The notes under the pieces are model-generated. The model was not told where the DNA came from. It saw only the letters and a program-made list of their open reading frames with translations, and made no database searches. A stretch of DNA of 63,668 bases, counting the filler, from Olpidium bornovanus S191 (lineage: Eukaryota > Fungi > Olpidiomycota): the NCBI GenBank assembly GCA_017911155.1. It is 27 parts of 27 records of this genome, joined end to end, with 100 filler letters (N's around TTAATTAATTAA, not from the genome) between each part and the next. Parts side by side here need not be neighbours in the genome. Positions count along the whole stretch, not along the records: positions 51,754 to 54,050 come from JAEFCI010006520.1; positions 54,151 to 55,490 come from JAEFCI010007360.1; positions 55,591 to 57,187 come from JAEFCI010007202.1; positions 57,288 to 60,216 come from JAEFCI010005006.1; positions 60,317 to 62,256 come from JAEFCI010010049.1; positions 62,357 to 63,668 come from JAEFCI010012451.1; 21 more parts are not named here. One strand, given 5' to 3'. The position numbers were made by a program, and so were the translations under genes. Each line of letters starts with the position of its first letter. Position 1 is the stretch's first letter. Below are positions 51,654-62,883 of the stretch, in pieces.

Positions 51654-52021
51654 NNNNNNNNNNNNNNNNNNNNNNNNNNNNNNNNNNNNNNNNNNNNTTA
51701 ATTAATTAANNNNNNNNNNNNNNNNNNNNNNNNNNNNNNNNNNNNNNNNNNNNCGCTGGCTGTCAATCGGACAGGGGCTTATTTGGGCTCACGTATTCAG
51801 CAATTGTCAACTGCTTTAACCCCAACACCCGTGGTTCTCGAATGCAACTTTCAGCAATGCACGTTGATGTCATGCGCATTCCTTACGACTATGTGCAGGT
51901 AATGCAAACCCCTCGTGTTCCACGACCAATGGCTCCGGTGAATAAAACATCCGTGATGTCACAAACCTGTTGATATTAAACTGACGGCCCGGAGAAAACC
52001 GCGGCACAGTACAGGAGAACC

Positions 52022-53360
52022 TCAGCCACAATTGGGGAGAGAGTCTCCTTTGCCGAATGTGCGCCTTCTGGACGTAACGGCAACGTCTTCCTCGGTCTGC
52101 AAGGGCCAGGTCGAGCACGGAGGCAGACGATGAGCGATGACGGGTGACAGACAATCAACACGCTGTTGGAGGAAACAAAAACTTGGAATAGGAGCACATG
52201 GCACTTAACAGCTTCGTGGTAACACTGGATGCCATCGTACTTCTTAAGCCATTGTTCCAGTTGCTCGCCTTCGAGATCGTCTCCGGACTCCTCGTCGTCG
52301 ACAGGAAACAGCGGATCGTCGGCGTCTCGTTTTAGCTCACCTGAGTCGCCCACCCGCACGTCCAAGGTGGACGATCTCCACCGACCATGCTTCTTGCCGA
52401 CAGCCCGGTTGCGTCGACGCTCGCGCTGCAGCTCAACACTGGTGGGTTTCCAACCATTATATTTCTGCAGATTCCGCGAGCCAAGGAGTATCGCGACCTG
52501 CAAGGCGACTTCCTCAGGCGACTGCCAAAGGATGGATGGAGAGGGGAAGAGAGAGCAGCGACAGTCAACGAACACCCCGAAAAAGACACTAATGTAGCAT
52601 AAAACATGTTGCAAAGTACGAAACGAACGCTGGAAAAATCTAAAAGATATTCCCTCAGGCTTCCAACGTACGATGTAACGGCCGTACGTCAGGCGAAACG
52701 ACCTGTGCAGTTTCTTCCAATGTCCAACGCCGTATTTGCCGATTAAGTTGATGAGTTTCTGACGGTACTCAGGGATCCAGCGATTGTCCTTAAAAAGCCA
52801 CCTGGGATCAGTTTCCGGTTGGAAGAAACTGGTAGGAAGAGGCAAGATCACGTCAAAAAAAGGGAACGGTCAGAAGACGCGACCCACTGGGGAACACCGA
52901 CACCGCCGGGCTAAGCACCCCACTCAGCCTCACTGCTGCAGTGGGACAAATTCACCTGCACCCACAGTTGGTTGATGAACCCTGACTCGTCAATAGGGAC
53001 ATATCTCGTCCGCTCGGGCAACTCGCAGAATAGAAGCCTCGTGCGTCGGACGAAATCCTGCCTCTCGGTGAGTGGCCGTCCCCTCAGGATGGGGCCCACA
53101 CCCGGGGGCCCCAGTAACGCCGCACGGACCTGCGGGAGCTCGTCCTCGGACCAACAACCTTCCTGCTCGCCGGTCCCCCAGCCCTCGTCTCCGTCGATAT
53201 CAACTTCACTCTCGTCCGACCACTGGTCCCATTCCAGCGCGGCGTCGGCGTTCAACACCACGGGGTCAGCACCTTCTTCTGTGTTGCGGTGCCCGGGCCG
53301 CAAACGGGGAACCGGGGGCTCATCATCCTGCGGTGGTGCGCAGTTCTCATCCACAGCCAC
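52022..53360 (-). CDS. Myb/HTH-like protein resembling the p2 subunit of the MTA1c (AMT1) DNA 6mA methyltransferase complex
   Basis: Spliced: QDFVRRTRLLF...IDESGFINQ|LFFQP...RWIPEYRQKLINLIGKYGVGHWKKL...EEVALQVAILLGSRNLQKYNGWKP.S.EL.RE..RNRAVGKKHGRW. True start unresolved (the track start at 53360 is GTG). Last exon tentative. Confidence 0.7.
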
Positions 53361-54507
53361 GGCCCTGCACGCCGCACGCTTCTTGCCGGCGGCGCGAGCG
53401 GGGAGCCTGGGTGCGGCGGATGCGGCCTGTTTCCCTCTGCCGGTGCCACGCGTTCGGCGGGGCTGCCGTTAAGCCCGAAAAGCACGAGGGTTGTTCCGCG
53501 GGAAAGCCGCGAGCGGCGGGAAACTGAGCGTCAGCGCGTCTCCCTTTCCGCCTCGATCCGCCTTCTGAGGCGGGCGGCCGCGAAAGGCAAGCGAAACACG
53601 CTCCCGCCCACCTCTGCCCGCCGGGGCATGGCAGGTTCCCGTGCGCGGGGGGCGGGCGACCGAGTCACGACGCGCTCAGCCCCTTTCCTGCCGCCCCAGC
53701 TTCCCGCCTTTTACGACGGCAGGAGGAGACATGTAAGTACAGCCCCCGAAACAAAAACCAAATAAAAAAACAAATGCCCGGGGACGACCCGTTCTGGGGC
53801 TGTGAGATTTCAGTCAGGACTGATGGGCGACAGCTAGATGTGCGCCACTCCCATGGTCCCTAAACTGAGCAAACTCAAATAAATGCAACAGGCGCCAGAT
53901 ACGATCTCCAAATCATAAGGAAACCAGCCCATGTCATCAGAATTGCAAGCGCCACACCAGGCAAATCCAACAACGGCAATGGCGATTTTTTCAGGCCAAG
54001 AACAAGGTCACTTGCTACAATTGCGGCAAAAAAGAGAGCACATCGCGAAANNNNNNNNNNNNNNNNNNNNNNNNNNNNNNNNNNNNNNNNNNNNTTAATT
54101 AATTAANNNNNNNNNNNNNNNNNNNNNNNNNNNNNNNNNNNNNNNNNNNNCATGTTTTGAGTTGCACTGGAATTGACTACAATCGGTGGGCAGTGAGATT
54201 CGAAAGGACGGTGGCGACAGTGGCGACGGCGGATGGCGGCGGTGAGCGACCGGAAGGGCGGCGGCAGATGGCGGCGGTGAGCGGCTGGAAGGGCGGCGTC
54301 GACGGCGGGCGCAGTCGAGTCAAGGACTGCGGCGCAAGAGACGATGACGGAGTACGCCCTGCGACGGCGGCGGTGCGGAGGATGCGCCACTGAGTGAACG
54401 GCCGCGAGGGCGACGGCGACGCAGCTGAGTGAAGGCTTCGGGGCGGCGGGGTGAGGCGGCGAGAGCGCAGGACGTTGGCGCGCCGTCAGGTCCGTCAAAG
54501 TCCTGTC

Positions 54508-54620
54508 GGGCTCATGACCTGTTAGAGTTATTGGTTTCTCGCCCGTTGGGCGTCCGAGAGGTTTATTCGGAAACTCCAATATTGTACAATGCAAAAAAGA
54601 AACTAAACCAAAACTCAACA
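54508..54620 (-). mobile_element. Copia variant PBS (54508-54519) plus candidate 101-bp LTR (54520-54620)
   Basis: Minus strand ...CTAACA-GGTCATGAGCCC. Termini TGTTAGAGTT / AACTC-AACA are near-perfect inverted repeats. A GCC-rich leader follows. Confidence 0.7.
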
Positions 54621-55590
54621 AACGTCTCTTCCTGGTGCACTGCGCATGCGCGCACGTTCGAAGAGTTTGAATCAAAAACTGCCCGGCTTCGGCTTTCTAG
54701 GCCAGCTAGAGACTCGGTCTGTGGTGTGGAGAGTTTTTTGGTTGCAAGCGCGTCCCTGACCTTTCCATTTGTCGGTGCCATGATCGCAGTACCGACCATC
54801 GGTACTGCGATCTGTTACCGCAGAGAAACGGGTTTTTTTTCCCTTTTTTCCCCCTCGCCAAACGACCAGAGTTGGATGCCCTTTGGGCGGCGGAGTGCTT
54901 GGAATACGTCTTTGCCCTCGAAGCCGCTCAACGATACGCGGCGTCGTGTTGCTCTGGGAGGAGCTCCCAGGCAAGCTCGGAAGCATTGCTCCCGCCGAAA
55001 AGAGTGCCGAGACTACACGGCGCGGGACGCGCCGCACAAGGATATGCTGCGCCCGTCAGGCACTAAAGGGGGGGCGAAGCAAAACAGTGAAGCGCGTTGC
55101 GCCGGAGCGCACGCCGCCGGAGCCCAGAACAATCGCCGTTCCCTTCCACTTTGGCGTGAAAGTTTCCGCGTTTGGTCACGCCACACCGCACGCGGCTTAA
55201 ACCCCGCATTTCAAAAGACGGCGCCAAGGCCTCGCAACTGCGAACCAGCGAAAGCGCACGCTGAAAGCGGAATCGCGCCCTTCGTCATCGCGCAGCACAC
55301 GGGTTTTCGAAATGTTATCTCGGTAACAGCGCGCTGCAACGTGATTTTTTCTCGCCCGCCGTCCGGTTTTTGGGTTCTTCGGTAAAAGGAAAAAGCGCCC
55401 CAACTCTTCTCCGAAGCGGAGTTGAGGTAACTTTGTTTTTCCTTTTCTTTTGACAAACTGGAAAAGCCAAACCGGAAGCGGCTCGGCAGGNNNNNNNNNN
55501 NNNNNNNNNNNNNNNNNNNNNNNNNNNNNNNNNNTTAATTAATTAANNNNNNNNNNNNNNNNNNNNNNNNNNNNNNNNNNNNNNNNNNNN

Positions 55591-56904
55591 CAAATGCCTC
55601 TGGGGAACGCAGAACCCGCACGTATGATCTCGGTGAAGACGGCAGAAGCCCCTCCTCTTCGGGCTTGGTCGTGCTCGTTGCGGAGAAGGCCGGTAGCGTC
55701 CGCACACATGACGCGTGACTGACATTATACACGCGGAGCTTTCGGTCACGGCAGAGAGAAAACGCAAACGTAGAACCGTTGACTGTGCAGCTGTCCATGG
55801 CGATAGGCTGCGACGCGGCTGTTTCGCCCGCGACGGTCTTTGAGGCGGTTCCTGCGCCCTTCCGGGGGCTGCCGATCGCCTGGAACGCGCTCGAAAGGAG
55901 CCTCGTAATGCCGTTGTTTTTCACTTGGGAAATCAAATCCGGAGCCGGTATTACTGAGTCGTGGTAGACACCCGGCGCGGACAGCGTGATGACGGCGACG
56001 GATCCGTCCCGGCATGCCACGAGGAATGTGCCGGCACTTGCCGCGTGCAGGAAAGCCGGCGCCGGCCCGCCGGCCCGAAGACGCCGAACTTCGTGGGCCG
56101 ACACCATATGGTGCGGGGAAAACCTGTTTTCCGAGACAAAGGACGCGAGGGGAACCAGCAAGCTGCACAGCATGCCGCGCGTGAGGAGGGTCACGACCAC
56201 TGCGTCCGGCTGACTTGCGTCTTCATGGATATGAACCGTTGGCACGACCGGTGCGCTGAACCGGAAGCGCAACGGGCGCGGAGTTCCTGACGGGGAAAAT
56301 CAAAAAAAAAAATATTTCTGTCAAGCGTCTTGAACCGCACAACGGAGGCACGCCGTGAAGCGGTGTTCGTTCGGGGTGCGGCGGGCGCGCCATACCGAAA
56401 CGCACCTCGGCTGTTGTCGGACAGAGATAAGAGCTGCAGGTCCAATTCCAATCGCGTATCGCTCACGCGCCAGACAATGAAGCTGGAGGCGTCGTCTTCC
56501 AACTCGTGCAAGCCACGGAGCGCGGCGGAGGCCGCGACGTTCGGTCCTGTAGCGAAATTATTCTGCGAATCGAAGACGGCGTCTCGGGCGTTTCTGCCAG
56601 GGGTCCGCCAGTAACGGCCGTTTGTCCCGTTCGCCACGTTTCCGAAGCGATCCTCGTCCTCTATCCGCTGACGGTCTCCATGCAGCTGCTGGTGCTCCTC
56701 GTCCTCGTCCTCGTCCTTCTCCGCTTGCTCCTCCCCTCCGTCCTCTGCCGGTCTTCTCCAGGGTCGCGGGGTGATTACGTGCTCAATTGGCGGCAGCGAG
56801 GCTGCCAGGTGGTCCCAGTCCACCGAGGTCTCCTTCAGCCAGAGCGGCGACGGCGACGCGAACAGGGCCTGCGGGTTCCACGGCAAAGAGTCGGAGGTGT
56901 CCAT
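55591..56904 (-). CDS. Nucleoporin Nup160/Nup120 family, N-terminal beta-propeller part
   Basis: ATG at 56904. FIVWRV..TRLEL, MRFRFSAPVVP, FLVACRDGSV, and the characteristic FAFSLCRDRKLRVYNV...C. Confidence 0.72.
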
Positions 56905-57287
56905 GGCAGCGCGCGCGGTTAAGCGTCGACTCGACCCGCGTTTTCGCCCCTCCCCTTCCCCGCGCCGTTCCTCAGGGACGGTTTTTTTTTTTTTTTTTTT
57001 TCCCTTGTTCGCGCGGAAAAGGGGGCCGTGTGGGACCAATTGGTCCCCCGGGGGAAAAAAAGGAGGAAAACGCGGGGCGGGAGCGGGAGCCGGGGGGGGG
57101 GGGGGCGGGGGGGGGGGGGGGCCCCTTTTTTTTTCCGGAAAAAAAAAAAAAAAAAAAAAAAAAAATCGCCCCCGGAAAAAAAAAAAANNNNNNNNNNNNN
57201 NNNNNNNNNNNNNNNNNNNNNNNNNNNNNNNTTAATTAATTAANNNNNNNNNNNNNNNNNNNNNNNNNNNNNNNNNNNNNNNNNNNN

Positions 57288-58858
57288 AAGCAGATAAATC
57301 CGAGCCCGTGGCCACCAGACAGTAGTGGGTTGTTTGCCAGCGAGAGCGAGTGGACGGTGTCAAGGAGCAGCAGCGAGTGAATGAGCACTTTGAGCGCCTG
57401 GGAGCATGGTCCACATTCAGAAAATCATGAAAAACAAAATACAAAATTCGTCAAATCGCATGACCAGCATTTCAAGATGCCCAACGTTTCCCATTCGGCA
57501 AGGGAACGTTCCCCAGCGGCATTTACGTTATCGTCAAGCTCACAGTTATCGCAGTTCACAGCAGCAAGCCGAGGGTGGATTCCTATGACATCCGCTATGG
57601 ATTCAATAGACGGTACGCTGAGTGGGACGTCGTGAAGGTCAAAATTGACCAGGAGCGGATCATCTCGAGGTGCCTGCTGGTATGCTGCTTGCTTCGATGC
57701 GAAGATTTAAGAGCGACACCAGCTGGACAACTCAGCGTTTTCATCAATAGGAGTTCAAGCTGCGACTCAAGACCTGGGGAGTCAAGCACAGCTCGCCAGG
57801 TCGTGAAGCAGGGCCTGCCAGGCAGCGGCACGAACCTGGAAGACGGTCAAAAGCTTCGCCAACGGCTTTTGTTCCCGCGTCCGGCACGCCTGCACGTACA
57901 ACCAGCTCAAGTCTTCCGCTGACAGGGCTCGTGGTTTGCCGTTCCCGCCGCACGGCGCATTGTGATCAGTCCGCTCGACCAGCGTTGGTGTCTCGGAGAC
58001 AACACTGTTTTCGCAATCTTCAGGCGAAACCGCGCCGCGAAGGTCAGGGAGCGGGAAGCGGACGCGCTTCAGATCCGATAGCGACAGCCCTCTCGCCCGG
58101 CTGCTGCGGCTGCTGCGGAGGTGCGAATGCGACGAATGCATACGGAGGCCCGCGAAGGCGGCCGCCCCGACTGTCGTCGAAAGGATGTTCTTCCAAACCG
58201 ACGTCCGCTCTAGCCGCGGAGAGACCTTTAGTATTCCCTTGCTCGGCGGCGGACGCTTGAGCGTTTGCTGCGGTACCGAAGCCGACGAGTGTCGCGACAC
58301 TGGCAGCCTGTCGGATACCAATGGGAAAGGGATTTTGGCGCTCATACCGTCGAGTTGACATTCGCCGGCAGGGTTTTGAGCGTGTTTTGGCGCTGTCTGC
58401 AGCGCTCCCGCCAACTGCGCCTGCCGCTCCAACCACGACAGCGCGGAGATAAGGCTTCCCTGGCCCACCTCATCCAGCGCGATCTGCGCGATGGCTTCAT
58501 CGTGGCCCATCTCGACAAGGGCCCACAGGTTGCTTGACGCCGGTCGATCAAGCGGCTTGGTAATGGAAGTCGGGCTTCTGGTCGCGACTGATGCGGGTAG
58601 TTCTACGGCGTCTTGCCCATGCCGCCGCGATGCACAGCCGGTTTCTGAACAAGGTTCCGCGTCTCGTAGGTCGTGCTCACACCGCTGCTGGCCATCCGGC
58701 AGGCAGCGTTCCTTGGACTCGCTTTCTTGCTGAAACTTTTCGTAAACCTTTTCCGCCAGCTTGCCTGCCGTAATGTCCGGCAGCCGGGCCTCCTCAAACG
58801 GGCCGTCCATCGCGGTGGGCGACAGCGGAACAGTGCACCGGAACTTCGGTCTCGCCAA
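57288..58858 (-). CDS. PPP1R37 / yeast Mhp1-like LRR protein with PP1-docking motifs and a UBA-like segment, partial
   Basis: KGILK and KRVRF motifs, LSWLYVQAC.TRE.KP, then LRR exons (VNCDNCELDD; LKVLIHSLLLLDTVHSLSLANN). UBA-like LVEMGHDEAIAQIALDEVG.GSLISALSWL. Start uncertain. Confidence 0.65.
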
Positions 58859-59324
58859 ATCTGCCTTTCGTTGTTTCCGTTTTCAAAAGTATAACTTGAA
58901 TCCCCGCGGTTTTCCCTTTGCGAAAAGAAAACCGCTCGCGATGGAACGAAGCTGGTCTATCTTCCGCGCACAAACGGCGACGTCGGTGCGCCAAGCCTGG
59001 AACGGCCCCCGGCCCGCCGTTGTGCGCGCGACCTCCTCGGTTCCTGGAGCGTGCGTGGCGCGGTTCTCCGTGCCTGCCGGTGCGCTTCCGCCGTGTTTTG
59101 CGCGCCCCCGCTCGCGCTACAGCCGCCAGACAACGCCGCAACCATCTACCTGGGGACGACGGGGGCGTCGCAAGCGCCCGCGCCGCGCCGTGCGACACGA
59201 CTTGGGGTTTCTGCCCGGAGACGTGCCTTGCCCCACCGTTCGAGAGGAGCCCCAGAGCCGCGCCGCGGCCTCGGAGGGCTGAAGTCGCCGCCCCCCGGCT
59301 CTCGCGGAGAACGACGGCGACGCC

Positions 59325-60000
59325 ATGGCCGCAGCAACAACGCGAGAGCCAACGCGTACATTTGTTGAGCAATGGGAGCAGAATGCACCGTTGACTGACA
59401 CACAAAGAAGGGGGTTCCTGGCATTGCAAGCAGCCTGCTCGGAACTGCCTCCGCCGACGCAGGTGAAGGCCATAAATCCCCGCCAACCCCTTCCTTCATG
59501 CTGCTCCTGCGCTCCACGACGACGCCTGTGTGGATCGTATCTACACCCCTCTCACATGCTGCCCTTTTTTTAAACAAAAATTCGTGTTTTCTCAGCTCGA
59601 CGACGACGACTCCGAACTGCTTCTGGAGCCGGTAACTCCCATCCCCGGGTCGGCGTTCCCTGGGAGGAGGTTGTCAAAGTTTGGCGAAAGCGATGTACCT
59701 GCCGTGCCCGGGACCGGCCAACCCCTCCGTCAGCCAGATCACCCGCAGGTTGACGGCACGGGCGGCGGCGACGCGCAAAAGCTCAACATACTGGGGCCGA
59801 CTCTGTCGGCGGTGACGTTTTCGCCGCCGCCCGTTGACAATAAGCCTTCGCCCCCGCCGTTGCCACAAGAGAAGCCGGCGGGGTTGTGCACGCCGTCCCC
59901 AACGGCTCTGCAGGAGCCTGTGGAGTCCACGCAGCAGTTCTTCGACTGGTTCTCCAGAATGGAGGAGGAAATGGAAAAGGGCCAAGAGGACGTGTACAGG
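59325..60000 (+). CDS. COG3: Conserved oligomeric Golgi complex subunit 3 (Sec34), first two exons
   Basis: EQWEQNAPLTDTQ...LQAAC.ELP and VESTQQFFDWFSRMEEEMEKGQEDVY, ending at a GTGAG donor. Confidence 0.8.
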
Positions 60001-60316
60001 TGAGAGAGACGGAGTGCAGACTATGCTGTGCATCGTAGCCTGCAGCAGAGCCCATGGGATGTCTGCTCCCGTCAAGCTGGAACCTTGGCGATAGACATGC
60101 AGGTCCTGTTGTTACAAAACCGGAACGCCGCGGGAAAAGAATTCCCCGTCGTCTTTTTTCAGGCACATCTTGACCTGTGCTATTCCGTAGAGCCTATCTC
60201 GGCGAAATGTTCTTATNNNNNNNNNNNNNNNNNNNNNNNNNNNNNNNNNNNNNNNNNNNNTTAATTAATTAANNNNNNNNNNNNNNNNNNNNNNNNNNNN
60301 NNNNNNNNNNNNNNNN

Positions 60317-62256
60317 CATGATCTGCTGGGTCTGCTCCTCTTCGGACAGGTACTTCCTCTTCTCCGTGCCCGCGGCGGGGAGCCCCCCGGAGGCCGCGGC
60401 GTCGCCGGCAGACGACGCGGAGGTCGCATCCGCCGCTGCGGAGACCGGCGACGCCGGATCCGATTCGCCTCCGCTGCCGCCGGGCCGGTCTGGCGCTGTG
60501 GCAACTCCGTTCCCGTCGGACCTGCCCTTCCCGGCCGAACCCGCCCCGCCGCCCTTGTTGCCACCGGCGCCCTTTTTCGACGGGCGGACGTCGTTGACGA
60601 CATAGTTGTACAGTTTGTAGAAGCTGTCGTAGTCGAGGGCGTCAATGTCCAGCTCGACCTCCTCGGTGGCGCCGCGGAGGTGGGGCATCGAGTCGTGGAT
60701 GATCTCGATGACCGTCTCCAGCTTGTCCTCGCCGAGAGAATTGATCATCTCCGACAGCTGATGCTTGTGCTTGAAAAGGATAACCGGCGGGGACGCGGGT
60801 GCGGCCGTCTTGGCCTTCTTCGCGGGAGGCTTTGAGTTATCAACGGGCGTGGATGTGACCGCCGACTCCTTTGCGGAGGCAGGGCGGAACCGGTGCTGCC
60901 TGCGGCCGTCCTCTCCTTCCTCGCCGCTCGAAGTAAACTCCACTTCGCTCGCCCGCCTTTTCTTGACCCGCTTGCGCTTGGCCGTTGCCGTTCCGGCTGC
61001 CAGCTCCTCCCACTCGCCCTCCAGGGAAGTGGCCGCCTTGGACGTGCTCTTTCGCCGCGACGCGTTGGCCGCCGCTTCCACCTTCGCCGTCTTCGTCGCG
61101 GACGCCGACTTGCTTTTCGAGCTCTTTCCAGATTTGGACTTGCGGCCCGGTGGGCCCGGTGGCGTCGACTCCGACCGTGATTTTTTCTTCTTCGAGGGCT
61201 TGACTGCCACCGTCGCGTTCTTCAGCTCCTCTAGGCGCTTCTGCATCATGTTCATGTGAGCCTCCATCAGAGCGAGCTGCTCGAGGTTCCCAAGCACCGG
61301 ACTCTCTGTTCAATAATTTTATTTGAGATCAGAAACACTATTGCGACAGAAAAACTACTGCTTTCCCTCGTGTACATTCAAAAATAAACCTACCGTCATC
61401 GTCTCCTTCTTCCGACTCGGACTCGTCTGATTCTTCCCCCTCGTCGCTGATCTTCGCCTTCGCAACCGCGGGCGCCGAAATCTTCTTCGCCGCCGCGCCA
61501 CCTTTGACCCCAGACTTTGCAGACGGCTTGGGAGCGGCCTTTTTGGAGGCCGGCGGCGGCGGGAGATCCTTCCACTTAGACCGGAAGATCTCGCTCAGCT
61601 GCTCGCCTTTAGTATACACGGGGTCCCCGGGATGATTAAACGCGAAGCAGTTTTCGAACATTAGATTCACGTCGCTCTCAAACGCGCGGGGTGTAGCGTA
61701 CTCCCCCGCGCTGAGCTTGCGACGGATCGTGGACAGGTCCATCGGGTGCTTGATGATGGTCAGGTACTCTGGGATGTTGAGCGCCACGGGGTTGACGGGC
61801 TGCAGGAAGGGAAAGTTTATCTCCGAATACTGCTTTTTGCAGAGCTCGTTCAGTACCGCCGAGCAGAACCGCATCTGCCGGTCCGCCCCTGAGGGAGCGG
61901 AACTTTTATTGGATGACTTGCGGGCCGAAGTAATGGGCTTGCGAGATGCTGACGGCCGCGGCCGCGGCGTGGCCGCGGGTTTCGCCGGCAGGACCTGCGG
62001 CGCGACCGCTGGCGGAGCAGTCACCGTACCCATCCGAGCCGCGTCAGTCCGCGAGAGAGAGCCGGGGGTAGACCGCGCAGACGGGCCCCCAGTTGGAACC
62101 TTCTTCAATTGGTTCTCGAAGATGGACTCGAGCTGCATGGCCATCTGCGAATACACCGATTGGCGCCCATTGTACAAATAGCAATTGCGGAAGACCAGCC
62201 GCACATCTTCGGCAAAGGCGTTAGGGTCCGCATATTGGCCTTTTGACAGCTTGTCG
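60317..62256 (-). CDS. BDF1: BET-family bromodomain protein Bdf1: end of BD1, BD2 and ET domain, partial at both ends
   Basis: VRLVFRNCYLYNG (BD1 end). FCSAVLNEL...FPFLQPVNPVALNIPEY..IIKHPMDLSTI (BD2). KHQLSEMINSL...VIEIIHDSMP...EVELDIDAL (ET). Confidence 0.95.
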
Positions 62257-62356
62257 NNNNNNNNNNNNNNNNNNNNNNNNNNNNNNNNNNNNNNNNNNNN
62301 TTAATTAATTAANNNNNNNNNNNNNNNNNNNNNNNNNNNNNNNNNNNNNNNNNNNN

Positions 62357-62460
62357 CGCCGGACTCTTCCACCGGGCCAGCGGTGGCCGCATCGCCGCTC
62401 GAAGCCATTCTTTGGAACTATGGACCGCGCTGGTCGGTCAAATGTGTGTGTGGGGGGGAA

Positions 62461-62491
<31 letters not shown>

Positions 62492-62883
62492 GGGGGGGGG
62501 GGGGGGGAACCCGGGGGGTTGGGAGGGCAGAAGAAGGGATGTGGGACCCTCGTGGGTCCGCCGCCCGCCCGCCCTCCCGCGTTGCGGAATGAGGGGGGGG
62601 AAGCTGGCCCCTGTCACGCATTGGAAACCTGCGCGCGCGCGAACGCCACGCGACGACGCGGCAAGGAGTGAAAACGAAAACTCACATTTCGCGAAAACGA
62701 CCCCCTTCGCGAGTGGGCAGACACACATACCCCCTCTCCCCACCACCTTCCCCCCTCTCCGCCCCACTCCCTCCCCCCCTTCCCCCCCACACACACATTT
62801 GACCGACCAGCGCGGTCCATAGTTCCAAAGAATGGCTTCGAGCGGCGATGCGGCCACCGCTGGCCCGGTGGAAGAGTCCGGCG
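62357..62883. repeat. Inverted duplication of about 110 bp (62357-62467 vs 62773-62883)
   Basis: The contig's first 110 bp are the exact reverse complement of 62773-62883, and both copies abut poly-G/C tracts. Confidence 0.92.

Noticed and set aside
51782-51791. TTTGGGCTCA partial match to the PBS
   Set aside because: Not followed by TAACC-TG, and no LTR-like terminus is nearby.
62357-62883. Perfect inverted repeat of about 110 bp, possibly a hairpin or a foldback/MITE element
   Set aside because: The left copy starts exactly at the contig edge, copies a gene start and joins through poly-G. This is typical of an amplification chimera or misassembly.
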